Origin: Azolla caroliniana
Taxonomy: Eukaryota > Plantae > Polypodiophyta
Assembly (NCBI GenBank): GCA_043228905.1
Contig: JBHGNT010000006.1
Span: 8,804,001 to 8,868,000, forward strand
Length of the DNA: 64,000 nucleotides
Direction: 5' to 3'
Of the stretch, positions 1 through 13,443 are shown piece after piece; position 1 is the stretch's first letter, and each line of letters starts with the position of its first letter. Position numbers and translations under genes: made by a program. Below the pieces are notes generated by a model that was not told where the DNA came from, ran no database searches, and saw nothing but the letters and a program-made list of their open reading frames with translations.

Positions 1-227
1 CTAGAATATTTTAGATTTTTATGATAAGAAATATAATCATGAAATATTAAAGGAAGTTCTAGAATAATCTAGAATGTTCTAGAATATTCTAATATCTCGT
101 AATAACTAAAAATATAAGTATTATAATCACACAACATGTATGTTATTACAATGGTTAAGGGTTCAACACATAGACCAAGAAGTTGTGGGTTCGATTCTTG
201 ATAAGCCAAAATGTCGTCTTCATGACA
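1..227 (-). repeat. 3' LTR (partial) of the chromovirus
   Basis: Near-identical to 4922-5148 and bounded by the PPT. Confidence 0.92.
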
Positions 228-3200
228 TTATCCCCCCTTTCGATGACGAGTTCCATGAGTCGGAAGACAAGAGTTCGGACTTGGTTTATGGGGATATTTG
301 TCGAGAAATGCAACAACCATGTCGGAGGCATTAGCAAGATGCTCGGCAGGCTCCCATGTTTGATCATTAGGTGTATAACTTAACCAATCAACCAAATAAT
401 ATAGTTTGTTGTGGATGATCTTGGAGTCGAGAATGGCAGCAACCTCATATTCAGAGCCATTGGAAACTTCAATTGGAGGTGGGGGAGGTGTAAGAAGACT
501 CGGAATAGAGCTTGTTGTGTAGGGATCCAAAAGTGAAACATGGAAAACCGGGTGAAAACGCACATGAGGAGGGAGATCAAGACGAAATGTCACATCATTG
601 ATCTTACCAAAGATCACATATGGGCCGAAACGTTGATAATCCAATTTGTAGCAAGGCCGGGTGGTTTTAATGCTACCTTGTAAGAGCCATACACGATCTC
701 CTACTTGAAACGTGGTCGATGAATCACGTCAATGACGATCAACAATCTTCTTTTGAGTGTTTTGGGCATCACATAAATGATGCAAAAGTATATCCTGAAC
801 TTCTTGGAGTCGAGTGAGCCGATCTTCAGCAGCCAGGTTTTTCAGGAGTTCGGGATGTTCAAGCATCATCCAACAAGGATGGTACCCAATGTTAGCAAAA
901 AATTGGGAATATCCAGTAGGAGAATGTTCGGAGTTGTTGTAAGCAAATTACGCCAAATGTAATAAATCCACCCAATCATCTTGTTGATAGTTGACAAAAC
1001 AACGTAGATATTGTTTGATTGTTTGGTTGGTGCGCTCACTCTGCCCATTAGTCTCTGGATGGTAGCCGGAAGAGAGTTTACAAGAAGTATGTAAGAGTTT
1101 GAACATGTGCCGCCAAAATTTCGAGATGAATTGGGGACCCCGATCACTGATAATATCATTTGGAAGACCATGATGGCGAAACACCTCCCGCATGAGTAAA
1201 TCGGTTGTCTCTTGACTAGTAATGGTCTTCGTGCATGGAAGGAAATGCGCCATCTTCATAAAACGATCGACTACTGTGAGAATAGAATCAAATCCCTTGG
1301 AAGGTGGAAGATCCGTAATAAAGTCCAAGGAAATAGATTTCTATGGGCTCTCCAGAATAGGCATTGGCTATAACTAAACTAGGGGTAGTCTAGACGAGGA
1401 TTTTGAGATTGGGAGTTGGAAGCACGATCTAGGATAATATGACTCAAAACCTCTTGGGAGAATGCATCGGTCGCAATCTGCTCCCGAATGGAATCAAGAA
1501 GCCTTGAATCTCCCGGTGTGTTGATAGTATGCATTGCCATTACTCGTAGACAATCGGGACCTAAGAGGATTTGCTTTTGACTTTCAAATGCAGCCTCTCC
1601 GGGTTGAAGTTCCATATACGAACGTCGAGATAAAGCATCTGCTTTTCCTTGTTGCATCCCAAGGTGATATAGAATTACAAAATCAAAACAAGTTAAGAAC
1701 TGCGCCCAACGAGCTTGTTGACGATTCAAGACTCGAGCACTTTGGAAGTATGTTAGATTTTTGTGATCATTGTAGACAATAATCTGTTGAGAAGAACCCT
1801 CCAAAAAATGACGCCATTGTTGAAAAGAATCCACAATGGCAAGAAGCTCTTTGTCGTGAATCTCATAGTTGATTTCTGTGGCTTCAAATTTCCGTGAGTA
1901 AAAAGCCACATGGTGCAGTTCGCCATCTTCATCAATCTGGGATAGTACGCTTTCGAGTGCAAAATCAGATGCAACAACTTCAAGTATAAAGCGCCTCATT
2001 GGATCGACATGCATTAAAATTGGTGCAGATGTAAACGCTTGCTTTAAACCCTCAAATGCAGAGTTCGCATCTATACCCCCATACAAATGGTTGATTCTTG
2101 CGCGTTAGTTGAGTGAGGGGCAATACAATCTTTGAATAATCTTTGATGAACTTGCAATAAAAGTTTGCGAACCCCAAAAAACATTGTACATCTCTCACAG
2201 ACTGTGGTGTTTGCCAATCCAAAATTGTTTGAACCTTTGATGGATCCATAGAGATGCCATTTGAAGAGACTATGTACCCCAAAAATTCCACTTGACACTG
2301 CGAAACTACACTTCTCCAATTTTGCATAGAGACCATACTCTCGCAACCATTGCAAAACTTGGTGAACATGTATCTCATGCTCCTCTTGAATTTTTTAGTA
2401 GATCAAGATATCATCCAGGTAAACTATGATGAAGATATCGAGGAAGTCTCGAAAAATGTCATTCGCCATATGTTGGAAAACTGTTGGTGCATTCGTGAGA
2501 CCAAATGGCATCACTATATACTCAAAATGACCATAGCGAGTGCGGAATGCGATCTTCCATTCATCCCCAGGACGAATTCGAACAAGGTTGTAGGCACCTC
2601 GAAGATCTAACTTCGTGAAATACTTTGCTCCATTGAGGCGTTCTAGAAGGCTCGAGATCAATGGTAGAGCATATTGGTTTCTAATAGTCACTTTATTCAA
2701 ACCCCGATAATCCACGACCATACAAAGCGTACCATCTTTCTTCTTAACAAAAAAGATGGGTGCACCAGCAGGAGATCTTGAATGTTGGATAAAACCATTT
2801 GCCAGGTTCTCATCGATATATTCTCGAAGAACCTGAGTCTAACTCCGTGGGCGAAAGGTTATAAATTGGCCCCCATGGAGGCGCTTTTCCTGGTTGCAAA
2901 TCAATCGAGCAATCATATGGTCGATGCTCTGGTAATCTATTAGCCTTCACCTTATCGAACACATCGGAGAATTCTATGTACTTCTTTGGTAATTGGACCC
3001 CCAATTCTTGTGAGCTAGATGAGGGAGTTGCTAAAACCGCAAACACCATCATATCTTCCTTCCTTCCATCCTCTCGTAACTAAGGTATAGAGATTGTTGA
3101 AATCTTGTGGGATCCTAGATCCTTTGTTGGAGTTTCAAGAGACTCGAACTGTACTGTGACCTCTTCAATAGTTCTTTTTCTCCAAGCAATAGCTGGGTTA

Positions 3201-3578
3201 TGTAATTCAAACCAAGGAAGACCAAGAACTAGAGAGTGCTCTGGACTACTAATGATGTTGAATGAGATGATACTAGCCAAATTACCTAGGACTACATGAA
3301 TTGGTTCAGACTCTTCGACTATATCACCTGATGTTATAGGGCGACCATCGATGACTCCTACAGCTACTGGGTTCGGGAGCTTGTTCGATGTTTTGGGTCA
3401 ATGCAAACTCGCGATCCATGAAACAAGAATTGGCTCCAGAATCTAGGAGGGCAAAGGCTAGGACTTGATGACCTGTAGATGTGCTAAGCTCAACTTGTGC
3501 AGAAAAAACTCTACTAACTTGATTTGATGAAATGAAACCACAACTAGGTACTGACTCTACATATCTAGGATGGTCCAA
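228..3578 (-). pseudogene. pol: pol (PR-RT-RH-INT-chromodomain), broken by frameshifts, stops and deletions
   Basis: ORFs 3324-3578, 2810-3052, 2395-2721, 2052-2378, 1379-2086, 948-1328 and 228-644 carry consecutive pol motifs. Confidence 0.92.
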
Positions 3579-3829
3579 CCAAATGGCTCCTATTTTGGCC
3601 AGACTTATTCGTTTAACACATCCTCTAATTGGCTCAAGACATCAAATCTATTCTCATGGCATGGGTTATTAGGCTTAGTAATTAAGTTATTAGAAGTGAT
3701 AGTAGAACTTGAGGTAGGGTTGTCATGTGCACTTACTTGGTAAACTTGGCGGCGTAGCATTTGTTGACGTTCAAAACGTTGCTCAAATAGGTGATTATCA
3801 CATCGCACAGCTCGACTAATGGCCTCTAT

Positions 3830-4519
3830 AAGAGACTTTGGATCTTTGTGGAAAGTAAGAAGAAGATCTTAAATGACATCGTTACGCAAACCCTGACGGA
3901 ATTGATCCATTAAGGCTGCCTCATCCCAAGGGATGTCACATGCCAAGAGACGGAAATCTGTTGCGTAGGCTGAAGGGGGACGATCTCCTTGTCAGAGTCT
4001 TCGAATCTTGTTTATTGATGTTCTAGTGTTATCAGTGTCTCCAAAACTAGCTTGAAACTCTTTAACGAATGCCTCGAAATCCTCTAACAATGGTGATTTC
4101 TTCTCTAGAAGTGGTGCAAACCATGCTAATGTTGTATCGCTTAGCAAGGTTCCTATTAATCCCACATGAGTAGCATTAGTTGGGTACCGATTGGGATGTA
4201 ACTGAATCACCAAACGGACTTGATTCAGGAAACCTCGAAACAAAGATCGGGTACAATCAAACTTGGCAAGGAGGCTAATCTTTGATTCCCTTGGGGAGTT
4301 TTGAACCCCCGCCGCTTGTTCTCGTAATGTTAATATAGTAGCCTCGAGTTGATGAACCCGTTGTGATAACTCCTCATATTGATGAGCTTTCTCGGTACTC
4401 ACTTGTTGTAAATCCCCGAGTAGCCTATGATTTTCTTGCTCTAATGCCACAAACTTAGTCGTGAGCATGTTGAGCTCAGAAAGGACACGCATATACTCTT
4501 GCTTGCTGACGGATTCCAT
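3830..4519 (-). pseudogene. gag: gag of the chromovirus (N-terminal coiled coil plus retrotransposon gag)
   Basis: ORF 3992-4519 has KFDCTRSLFRGFLNQ...ALAW-type gag motifs. The reading continues past a stop (YATDFRLLACDIPWDEAALMDQF). Confidence 0.85.
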
Positions 4520-4659
4520 AACTGAGGGGGGAAAAGAAAGAAGGGAAAAGAAGAAAGCTTGTTAGGGTTATTGGAAAAGGAAACAGAAATATTCGGTTCA
4601 AACTGTCGAGACTCGTGGGTAGGTGATAGAGTGAGAGCGAGAGCGATAGCGAAAGAGAG

Positions 4660-4662
<3 letters not shown>

Positions 4663-4732
<70 letters not shown>
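4663..4732. repeat. (GT)n microsatellite flanked by GA-rich runs, in the chromovirus 5' leader
   Basis: About 35 perfect GT units. Confidence 0.97.
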
Positions 4733-4743
<11 letters not shown>

Positions 4744-4779
4744 AGAGAGAGAGTAAGAGAGAGTGAGAGAGATAAGTCT

Positions 4780-5148
4780 TGAAATAAAAATGAGATTATA
4801 TTATGATGAAACAAGATTACAATGAGTAGGCTAAGGGCTAAAGACTGGTGTTGAACCGAATGAGTTGAAATGAATGTATGGACACTTATTTATAGATCCT
4901 TATGGAGTATTCTAGAATGTTCTAGAATATTTTAGATTTTTATGATAAGAAATATAATCATGAAATATTAAAGGAAGTTCTAGAATAATCTAGAATGTTC
5001 TAGAATATTCTAATATCTTGTAATAACTAAAAATATAATTATTATAATCACACAACATATATGTTATTACAATGGTTAAGGGTTCAACACATAGAGCTAG
5101 AAGTCATGGGTTCGATTCTTGATAAGCCAAAATGTTGTCTTTATGACA
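4780..5148 (-). repeat. 5' LTR of the chromovirus (inner boundary approximate)
   Basis: Repeat of 1-227. Minus-strand TATAAATA at ~4887-4894. Probable ...TTTCA end at ~4780. Confidence 0.8.
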
Positions 5149-5300
5149 TATACAATGCAAAAGAAGCAATTATTTGTTGGTAGTCCAAGTCTCTTTAGAG
5201 TTAATCCCAAATGTAACTCAACACCAATCAACATTTTCCAAATGTAGACCTTTGTTGGAAGTGGTAATTTGGAACGCCAACTATGTTTCAAGATCTTGCA
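5149..5300 (-). mobile_element. LINE ORF2 remnant (zf-RVT region) interrupted by the chromovirus
   Basis: Translation WRSKLPLPTKVYIWKMLIG...LGLTLKRLGLPTNNCFFC matches the zf-RVT pattern (W...P.KV..F.W...L..RG....C..C) and is cut at the LTR. Confidence 0.65.
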
Positions 5301-8300
5301 CCAGCCATAATAAGAGTACTAGTGTACCATCCATTCTTGTTCGTCCCTACACGGTAGTCATTGAAGAAACTTAATGGAGAAATGTTATAATAAACTAGTA
5401 GGCACTTGTAAAAAATGAGTTTGGCCATGTAGCACTTATCAACCCATAATTGTTCTTCGGTTTGTATAGGTAAAGGACCCTACATTAAGGTTATACTCTA
5501 TAGTTGTTGCTAAATAAAGCCACAATTGGTCAAGATACATAATAATCATCGTGCTTCAACAAATTGATACATATTTGAGATCAATCCTCAACTACATCCC
5601 CCACCTCTTTGAACCTTAAATAAACAAACGATTGAAAATGGAGTGCACAATCTCTCATTTTAATGCCAACATAATAATCAAGAAACCCAAATAAGTCCTT
5701 TTACAAGGAATTACAATGCTCACTTTAGATTATGGTTCCCATAAAAATAAAGAGTGCTTCATGCCATGAGACAACCAAGTATTTAGCACATGAAGAACAA
5801 GGAACGTTTAAATGGAATACTTCCATTAGTACTGTGAAGTCAATCTTTGTTTGTAAGAAAATACTATTGCAAACATGTTGGATGTTAAGAGGTCTAATAA
5901 TAAAGAACAATATGAAAGGACAAAGTATTAATGGAGGAAGGAACTTGAAGGGATATAAAGTTAGAGGCGTTTTTCAAAACTAGAAAAAGCAGGAAAAAAG
6001 AAAAAGAAAAAAAGACGCAACAAAGCAGAGTAAAAAGCTTATAACTTCTTCATCTAATATCAAATTTTCAAAAGAAAAGATTCGTAAGAGAGCTTTCTTA
6101 TATGACAAATTTGGGATGACAAGTAGAAATAATGATATAAAAAAATGTCTCACATAAACTCGAGGATATGTAAAAGAAAAATAAAAGAAAAAAGCAAGAA
6201 TAACGCAACTAAAAACCTATAAATATGAGTGTATTCTTAGCAATTAGGAAGAAGAAAGAATAAGAATGCTAGAAGAAATGAGAGGAGTCTTAGTAGAAGA
6301 AATAGAGAAGAAGGAAAGACTATTATGAACTAGTGTCATTGAGATTAAAGTAGTTATTTGGGGTTGTTACTTTTAGAGTCTAAGAAGATGGTATTGTTTT
6401 CCTAATAGTATATTAAAGTATTCCTTTCTCTCCCTCACCTCTTCTCTATCTTTTTCTATATCTCTCCATCAAGTATATGTCATCAAGATGTTTTGATCAT
6501 TGTCCTCCCATGTGTTAAACGTTCCTTCCTAATGAAATATAATATCATAGGTTCCATAAAACATTGTACAAATTTAAGGCCTAGATGAAATGTCTAAGAT
6601 TGTGACTCCTAATACATGAACGTATGCCTCAACTCGCTAATCAGAACATTCAATTAGTTTGGTGTTTAGAACATTCACTCCCAATGAACAACCGAAGTGT
6701 CAAAATATAGAAACTTTTCCGATCAATTATCCTAGCCATTCAAAATCCCTCTCAGCACACAAGATGAGCAAAGATTTTATTCAAATTAATATGTACTCCA
6801 AACATCAAGGCAAATTGCTCTCATACATGCATCCCTTTATCAACATTCTCAAATGAGGCTTGTGGAAACATGAAAGAATTATCGGTTGAAGCTTGCACTA
6901 CAAGTCAATATGCGGATTGAACGGTGGACCAACAATATCGCCATTAATCAAAAGCTTTGATTACCTCATCAACAAGAGATGAGTACTTGAAGCAAATAAT
7001 AACGGGCTAATAGGGCATCCTTTATGAGTAGATCCCATGAGGGAAATAATTGGCATAACTCCACCACTAACCATTATTGGGATATGACATCTTGCTCTAA
7101 TTAAAATTTAAGGTGAGACATACATGGTCCAACCTAACTTTTCTTTTCACTCCCGTTGGATGATGATGCAATATATTCCTAACCACATTGAAATCTTATA
7201 TGGCTAGATATATCAATTTCAAAAAATACTTTTGTAATCTATTTGCAAATATCTTTTTAAATACTTAGATTATCCACTCCCTCCCCCCATGCAAACCTTG
7301 CTTAAGCAAAGATAATTCATTGTACCTTGTTTTAGAGGAATATGTGGTTTCAAGTTTATTCCACGAAGTTTAAGCATTTGTTTTATTTACAATATGATTT
7401 ATCTCGTACTCGTAGAGAATAAAGATACATACCTAATGGCTCTCAAAAAAACCACTCCTCGATAGTTTTATGTTTAAGGTGATTTGCTAAGAACACAAGT
7501 AATGTAGATTTTTCACACATAGTAAAAAATTTCATTTTACCTTCCCATTGGTGATAGTTTGTGTTGTTCAAATAGACCATCTTGGAGAAGTTGGCTTCTA
7601 TTTAGCAATCAAGTAAATGCTAAAATTTGCTCTGACCCCACTTGTTAGAAATGGTACAAGCGTCATGTCACTTGATTAGGAAGCATAGCTAATCAAATAC
7701 CAATTACTAATGATAAAACAACAAAAACATAACAAAATAGGATGCACAATACATCAGAAATTTTAACATGGAAAACTCTCAAGGAGGGATAAAACCACAC
7801 AAGATAAAGTCCTAAAATCTATTCGTTGTCGATAAAATAAAAGGTGCAAAAATGTTTTAATCTAGATAAACTAGAGTGTCAAATGAAACAAGAGTAAAAG
7901 AAATCTAATCATTATACCCAACAAAACAAGAGCACCAAAGATTCATTGCACACACGGAATGAAAAAGGTAATGATGCTCAAGGCATCAACATTTGGTTGG
8001 TGCACAAAGAGGGCGTAATGGAACAATAAAAATGGGTTGAGCATGCTCTTCTGAACTCAACTCTACACACTCTAATTCTTCCCATTTCTATTGTCTTCTT
8101 ACTTTTCAAAATGTGTCTTTGTTTTTTGGGGGGTTGAGGGGGAGGGGGGAATAAAAATTTGGGCACTTCTAAGTTATGGCTCATTCATACATAAAAGGCA
8201 TGTGGCTCAACATATTAACATACTGCTATAAAGACATGGTTCATATTGATGGCCATTTTTCCTATATGTTAACCTACAATTTTGACAACAAAATTAAGCC

Positions 8301-10659
8301 AGAAATGTAAAAATAAAAAAGGAAATTTCTACTGAGAAGACGTTTCTTTCTAAAATGACATCTCGGGTATCAAAAACATCAAACTCGATATCTGGTTATG
8401 CTCATAGAGAAATGGATGAGGAATCAATGTTGGTGACATCATGACGGTTTATAGATATGTAATCATGCTGAAGTAAATGCCATTCAATCGTCCACTATTG
8501 CATGTGGAAGTCAAGTTGAGAATCATAATCCAAAATATCTAGGCACAACATATGCAAATTGTTTAATAAATGGGACAAGGACTGCCTATTTCAATTCCCA
8601 ACAAAAAATATGGGTATCATCATACACATTGACAACCTATTTAAAACTCCCTACAAAATGCAAGTAGGAGAAAAGAGAAAGAAGCTACAACACTACCAAA
8701 CCCTCATAATATGTCTTTAGACACTTATCGGCATCCACCGAACAACCCAACCTTACCATACCATCTCCACATTCTCTCATAATGCACGCATCACCCTGTT
8801 AAGAACATTTACTCCCATTGAGAAGATGTGACAAGGGCTTGCCAAATAGGATTATACAAGCAAAACATGTGAAGGCCATGAGATTGAGGGTGAGGAAAAT
8901 TTTGCATTCAATGCACCACATACTTCAACGTAACAACATGGTTCCCCTTATTGTGACACAATGCAAACAAGATTTCCCTATATAGACTATCTATCACTTG
9001 TATACCACAACCCCCTCTCATCCAACTTCTATTATTATATAAGGTTTTTTTTATCAAGATCATATAGGTAATGTTTCTAGCTTGTAGGCTGCCATGGTCA
9101 ATAACAATCTCTTTTGTATATACACACATCCCAACTATTCGATATCGTATAATGCACGCTATATGTTGCAAGAAAACATTAACATAACTACGGCCTAAAA
9201 ATGTCTTCTTGTCAAAATTATTAACACCGACTAACATCCAAATGTTTCTGAAGGGTGCGATTCATAGCATCTTCTTCTTCTAAGTATGAAAATAAGCACA
9301 TGATCATCTTTAGATTTTTTTTTAATAATAGTATATGTGATCATCTTTTGATTTGTAGGGATGTAAGCATTTATTATGGATTTTATGCATATTCTCCTTT
9401 TTCATAGGCCTTCGGAAACTTAGAAGCATTTACCTTAGAAAATTTTGTACTGCATATACAAAATTATAGAAAATTATCATGGGACAAGGTTCTCAATTCT
9501 TTTGAACAGGAAGTTTACTTTTCAAACAATGTCTTCAATCCCGATGAACAAGAAGTTAACAATTCAAATGATGGTTTCGAACTTTGATATTCTGTCAAGG
9601 CTGGTATCACGTTATTACACTCTTTGGATATGTAGTATAAAAGTACAAAATTTCACGTGCATGTCTTGACTTCAAAGAATTACCCAAAGGAAGATAAAAA
9701 TTAACAAAGGATAGAATTCATTATATGTAGATGAGATTTAAAAAATAAATCAATAAAGGGTAAAGAGGACGAAGACCTACCATTTTTAACTTAAAACCAA
9801 GTACATCTCATCTTGTCCAAAGATCAATATGTTGTGCAAGCCTCCCTCTTATATTTCCACTTAAAGTTGGACTGTAAACAGTACATTTCTACCTCTTAAA
9901 ATAAACATAGATGAATGTTAGTCAAACATAGCTACTCAATATGATCATTTATGTGTCTTTCAATGTTAACCTACTTACAAGATTTCCATGTTAGCTTGCA
10001 TACAAGATTTACAAATTGAGTACAACGTCTACTTTGCACAATATTGCCTTTTTATCCAATTTATCAAAAAAAACTTGATGCCAGTTGTATGGATGGTGAT
10101 AAGATCAAATATTAACTAAAAGGCATTGGGCTAACAAAATGGCATGTCTTGTATGCACTACAACTAGAATGTTGCCTATTTTTTAAAACTCTATACATAA
10201 ATGTTCATGATTTAGCATTTTCTCAATCTAAACAAGTTTGATGAGCCCAACTCAAGTGGAGGAAACTGTATTGATACAACCTTAACTAAATGGCAGTTAA
10301 AAATGTACATACTATAAAGATGAATGGTAAATAACGAATATAGATCGCATGTATTGCAAACATGCATGCAATAGTTATTATTTCATAGGTGGATTATTGT
10401 ATCTAACATCCTCTCAACAATTTGTATAATCACCACATTTAACCTTACTACTTTCTGAATATCTCAAGCTAAGATAGATACTATTGTCATGGCAATGAAA
10501 GCTCAAACAAGCCACTATACTTGTGCAAAAGATGCCTTGCACATGCTTGTGTAGACCAACAAATAAAAACCATTACATGTATTTCATGATCATTCATTAT
10601 TACTTCAAAAAAATCATTCCCTCGCTCATTTGAACCAACATTGGCACTCACTAACAGCC

Positions 10660-11165
10660 TAAATTAATTCCCAACACATTACCGTTCATTGCCATTCCTA
10701 CAAGTGTTTAATCTAATATACAAGGCGACCATTACATTGTTATTCACATCTCTTCGTTTTATTATGATATCATTCATATTTGAAAGATCTAAATAATTTT
10801 TTCTACACATACTTGATTTTGTTTATAAATTGATTCCCACCACATTAGCTTTCATTGGCATTCCTACAGCTGGTGTTCAATCTAATGTACAAGGTGACCA
10901 TTACATCATAATTCACATCTCTTCTTTATACTATGATATTGTTCATGTTTCAAACATCTAGATAATTTTAGCTACACATACTTGATTTTGTTTATAAATT
11001 GATTCCCAACACATACACACTCTTGGCATTCCTACAGCTCGTGTTCAATCTAATATACCAGTGACCATTACACCGTAATTCACATCTCTTCTTTTTACTA
11101 TGATATCGTTCATATTTCAAAGATCTAAAGAATTTTACCTACAAAGACTTGTTTTTATTTATAAC
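10660..11165. repeat. Three degenerate ~167-bp tandem units downstream of CCDC130
   Basis: ATTCCCA.CACA...CATTCCTACA...CAATCTAAT...GACCATTACA...TTCACATCTCTTC recurs at ~10667, ~10833 and ~11002. Confidence 0.85.
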
Positions 11166-11417
11166 TTTTGTGCTTCATCTTTGAATACAAATATCTGCAC
11201 AATTGAAAAAAAGAAAATACGAAAACACTGCTGTTACCTCGTAATAGTTGAAGAAATCCCCTGTTTAGCAAAACGTTTACTGAGATATTTACAGGATCAT
11301 CTAAACACAATGCTAATCAATCTGACTTAACATGGATATCTTTCAGGTTATAAAATTTGGTGCTACTAAACCACTATGCGCAGCTTATGATTGAAGGTAA
11401 GAATTTGTTGATAATAT

Positions 11418-13443
11418 TTACATTGCTTTAGGGACGTATATATTCATTGAAGACACATATCGGCCAGATGAAATAGCAGATCCTGATAAAGGTTTGATAT
11501 TGCCCATGACTGAACTCCGCAAATCCTCCCCATTAATCCTCCTTTTCTTTGCAACAAGCTGTAGTTTCTTATCAGGATCCCCACAAGAAATTTGCCTTTG
11601 ACCTGAGCCTTGAGGAAAGATTGATGATGCATTAATTGCTGCTCTCTTCAGTTTCCGGTTGAATTCAAATTTATGAGCAAATTTGGTCCTTGAAGCCTCC
11701 TCTTCATCTTCCTTGGATGGGGGAAGAAGCCTAATGCCCAAGCCCAACTTCTTGGAATGTGCTGTCTCGGCATTTACACGTTCTTTTTGTGCCTTGGAAA
11801 CACATTAATCAGAGATTTCCTTAGAATAAACAAAAAAAGCATTTTCATCTTCACGGACAACCAACTCTTGATCTAGTATAACAAAGAACATATGCATCAA
11901 ATGTATGCAAATAGATTACTTTTTACAGAAGGTGGATGCAATCTGCCACCTAGGAAAGAAGAGTCCATACACTAACGATGAGCATATAATAAAAATGGGA
12001 AATTTCCAAAATACCCAGAACTTGGCATTTACCACAAAATCCCTAGATTTTCAGACAACATTACCGGTCAATCTCTAAGCAGAAAAAAAGATCCCACTTC
12101 CCACAACTTAGGAATATTTTGGCGTTTTGCTTTAAAAAACTGCAATTGCTACTTACCCGTAATTGAGATCTGAGAGATCTGTTCAAAGCATAATCATTCT
12201 GGTGCTTGATATTTGATACTCGTTGCATGCGCACCAATAAAGGCTCTGCTTCTTTAGCCTTTTGTTGATCCTCCCCCAAATGTTCAAGACGATAAAATGG
12301 ATCTGACAGCTTTCCCTTGTCTGAAAAATGAGAAACCTGTAAGCCAGTTGGCATGAGGAGAACCACCATAATAGTCCTTCAAGTTTTAGGATATTCACCA
12401 GAATATCCCTACAATTTTAAATATTACCAAGAGATACACCTCTATGAATCAAATGTTAAAATGCATACCCTCTACAGAAGGAAGAAGAAGAGTTTCAGCA
12501 TCTTCAGCATCATAAACTTCAGTCTTTTGTTCTGCACCACTGATGATGATATATTGGCAGTTTTGTGGATCTGTTTGTATCACTATCTCTTGCCTGCAAC
12601 ATGCTGCCTTCATTGAAAAGCTCCAAATCTGATGGCAATTAAAACATTAAAGAATATGAAGAGATAGAATGAGACAAAATATAGAGGGAACGGAGGACAT
12701 TTGATGAAATAAAAAAACTTGGAAGCATATAGGTAAATAAGAAAAGTTTTGGGGTTTCCCAAATAAGCAACTCTACGACATAAACAGGCCTTGGAATACT
12801 ACCTTTGTAGAGTAATAATTCCCAACTTGTTTTTTCTCTGCATTGAAACGTACTCCTTTAGCAATCATAGAATGGCAGCCCCCGCACCAAATATTGTAAG
12901 GCATTTCGAACCTAAAAAATCCAAATTAGTCTGTATTTGACCACATAAAGAGACACATTTTGCTCTATAATAGGAAAAGGATTTGTAAATATCAATATTT
13001 GTCCACAAATTAAAGTAAAAAGGTGGAAAAGCATTTTCCAAAATAAAAACCTTATTATCAGGATGCCTTGATCCAGCTTCCTGGCTCTCTCTCTTAGAGG
13101 ATGCTGGCCTTGAAATTTGTTCAACGAACCCTAATAACATCATGGAAATAACACAAATTTATGATATTTAAAACTTACGCAAGACAAACCTAGAAGGATT
13201 TGAATGTACCATATGTGATTTCAACGTACCTTTTTTGGAGTCCATTCTGGAGGATAATAAAAGTTGTCCGCTCGAGCAGCAGCGAGAGATGACTAAAACA
13301 ATAGGAATATTGATCAAAATCTGATTTGGTTGAGCATATTGCAAAACAGAACATTCGTAGACCACCTATAAAAATATTAAACCATTTCTTCTTCTCTTTC
13401 AGATACCTCTAAAAAACAACACAAAAGGTTCAAGCTTTACCAT
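11418..13443 (-). CDS. CCDC130: CCDC130/YJU2B (CWC16-family) splicing factor, 7 coding exons
   Basis: ATG at 13441-13443 is immediately followed by a GT intron. Exon 13230-13292 gives SSLAAARADNFYYPPEWTPKK. Later exons give GSLNKFQGQHPLRERARKLDQGILIIR, FEMPYNIWCGGCHSMIAKGVRFNAEKKQVGNYYSTK, IWSFSMKAACC...QTDPQNCQY, DPFYRLEH...DYALNRSLRSQLR and LGIRLLPPSKED. Junctions checked are GT-AG. Confidence 0.93.

Larger units (their letters stand above)
1..5148 (-). mobile_element. Ty3/Gypsy chromovirus LTR retrotransposon (Tcn1-like), degenerate; 3' LTR truncated by the window edge
   Basis: Direct repeats 1-227 and 4922-5148 (offset 4921) start TGTCAT on the minus strand. PPT AAAGGGGGGATAA abuts the 3' LTR (228-240). 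Fragmented ORFs give gag, protease (LLDSGA), RT (YLDD), RNase H, integrase (DFITDLP...SDRGPQF...GQSER) and a chromodomain (EYEVAAILD...YLVDW...TWEP). Confidence 0.95.

Noticed and set aside
4476-4814. 112-aa ORF with HTHTHT repeats
   Set aside because: Translation of the (GT)n/(GA)n microsatellite.
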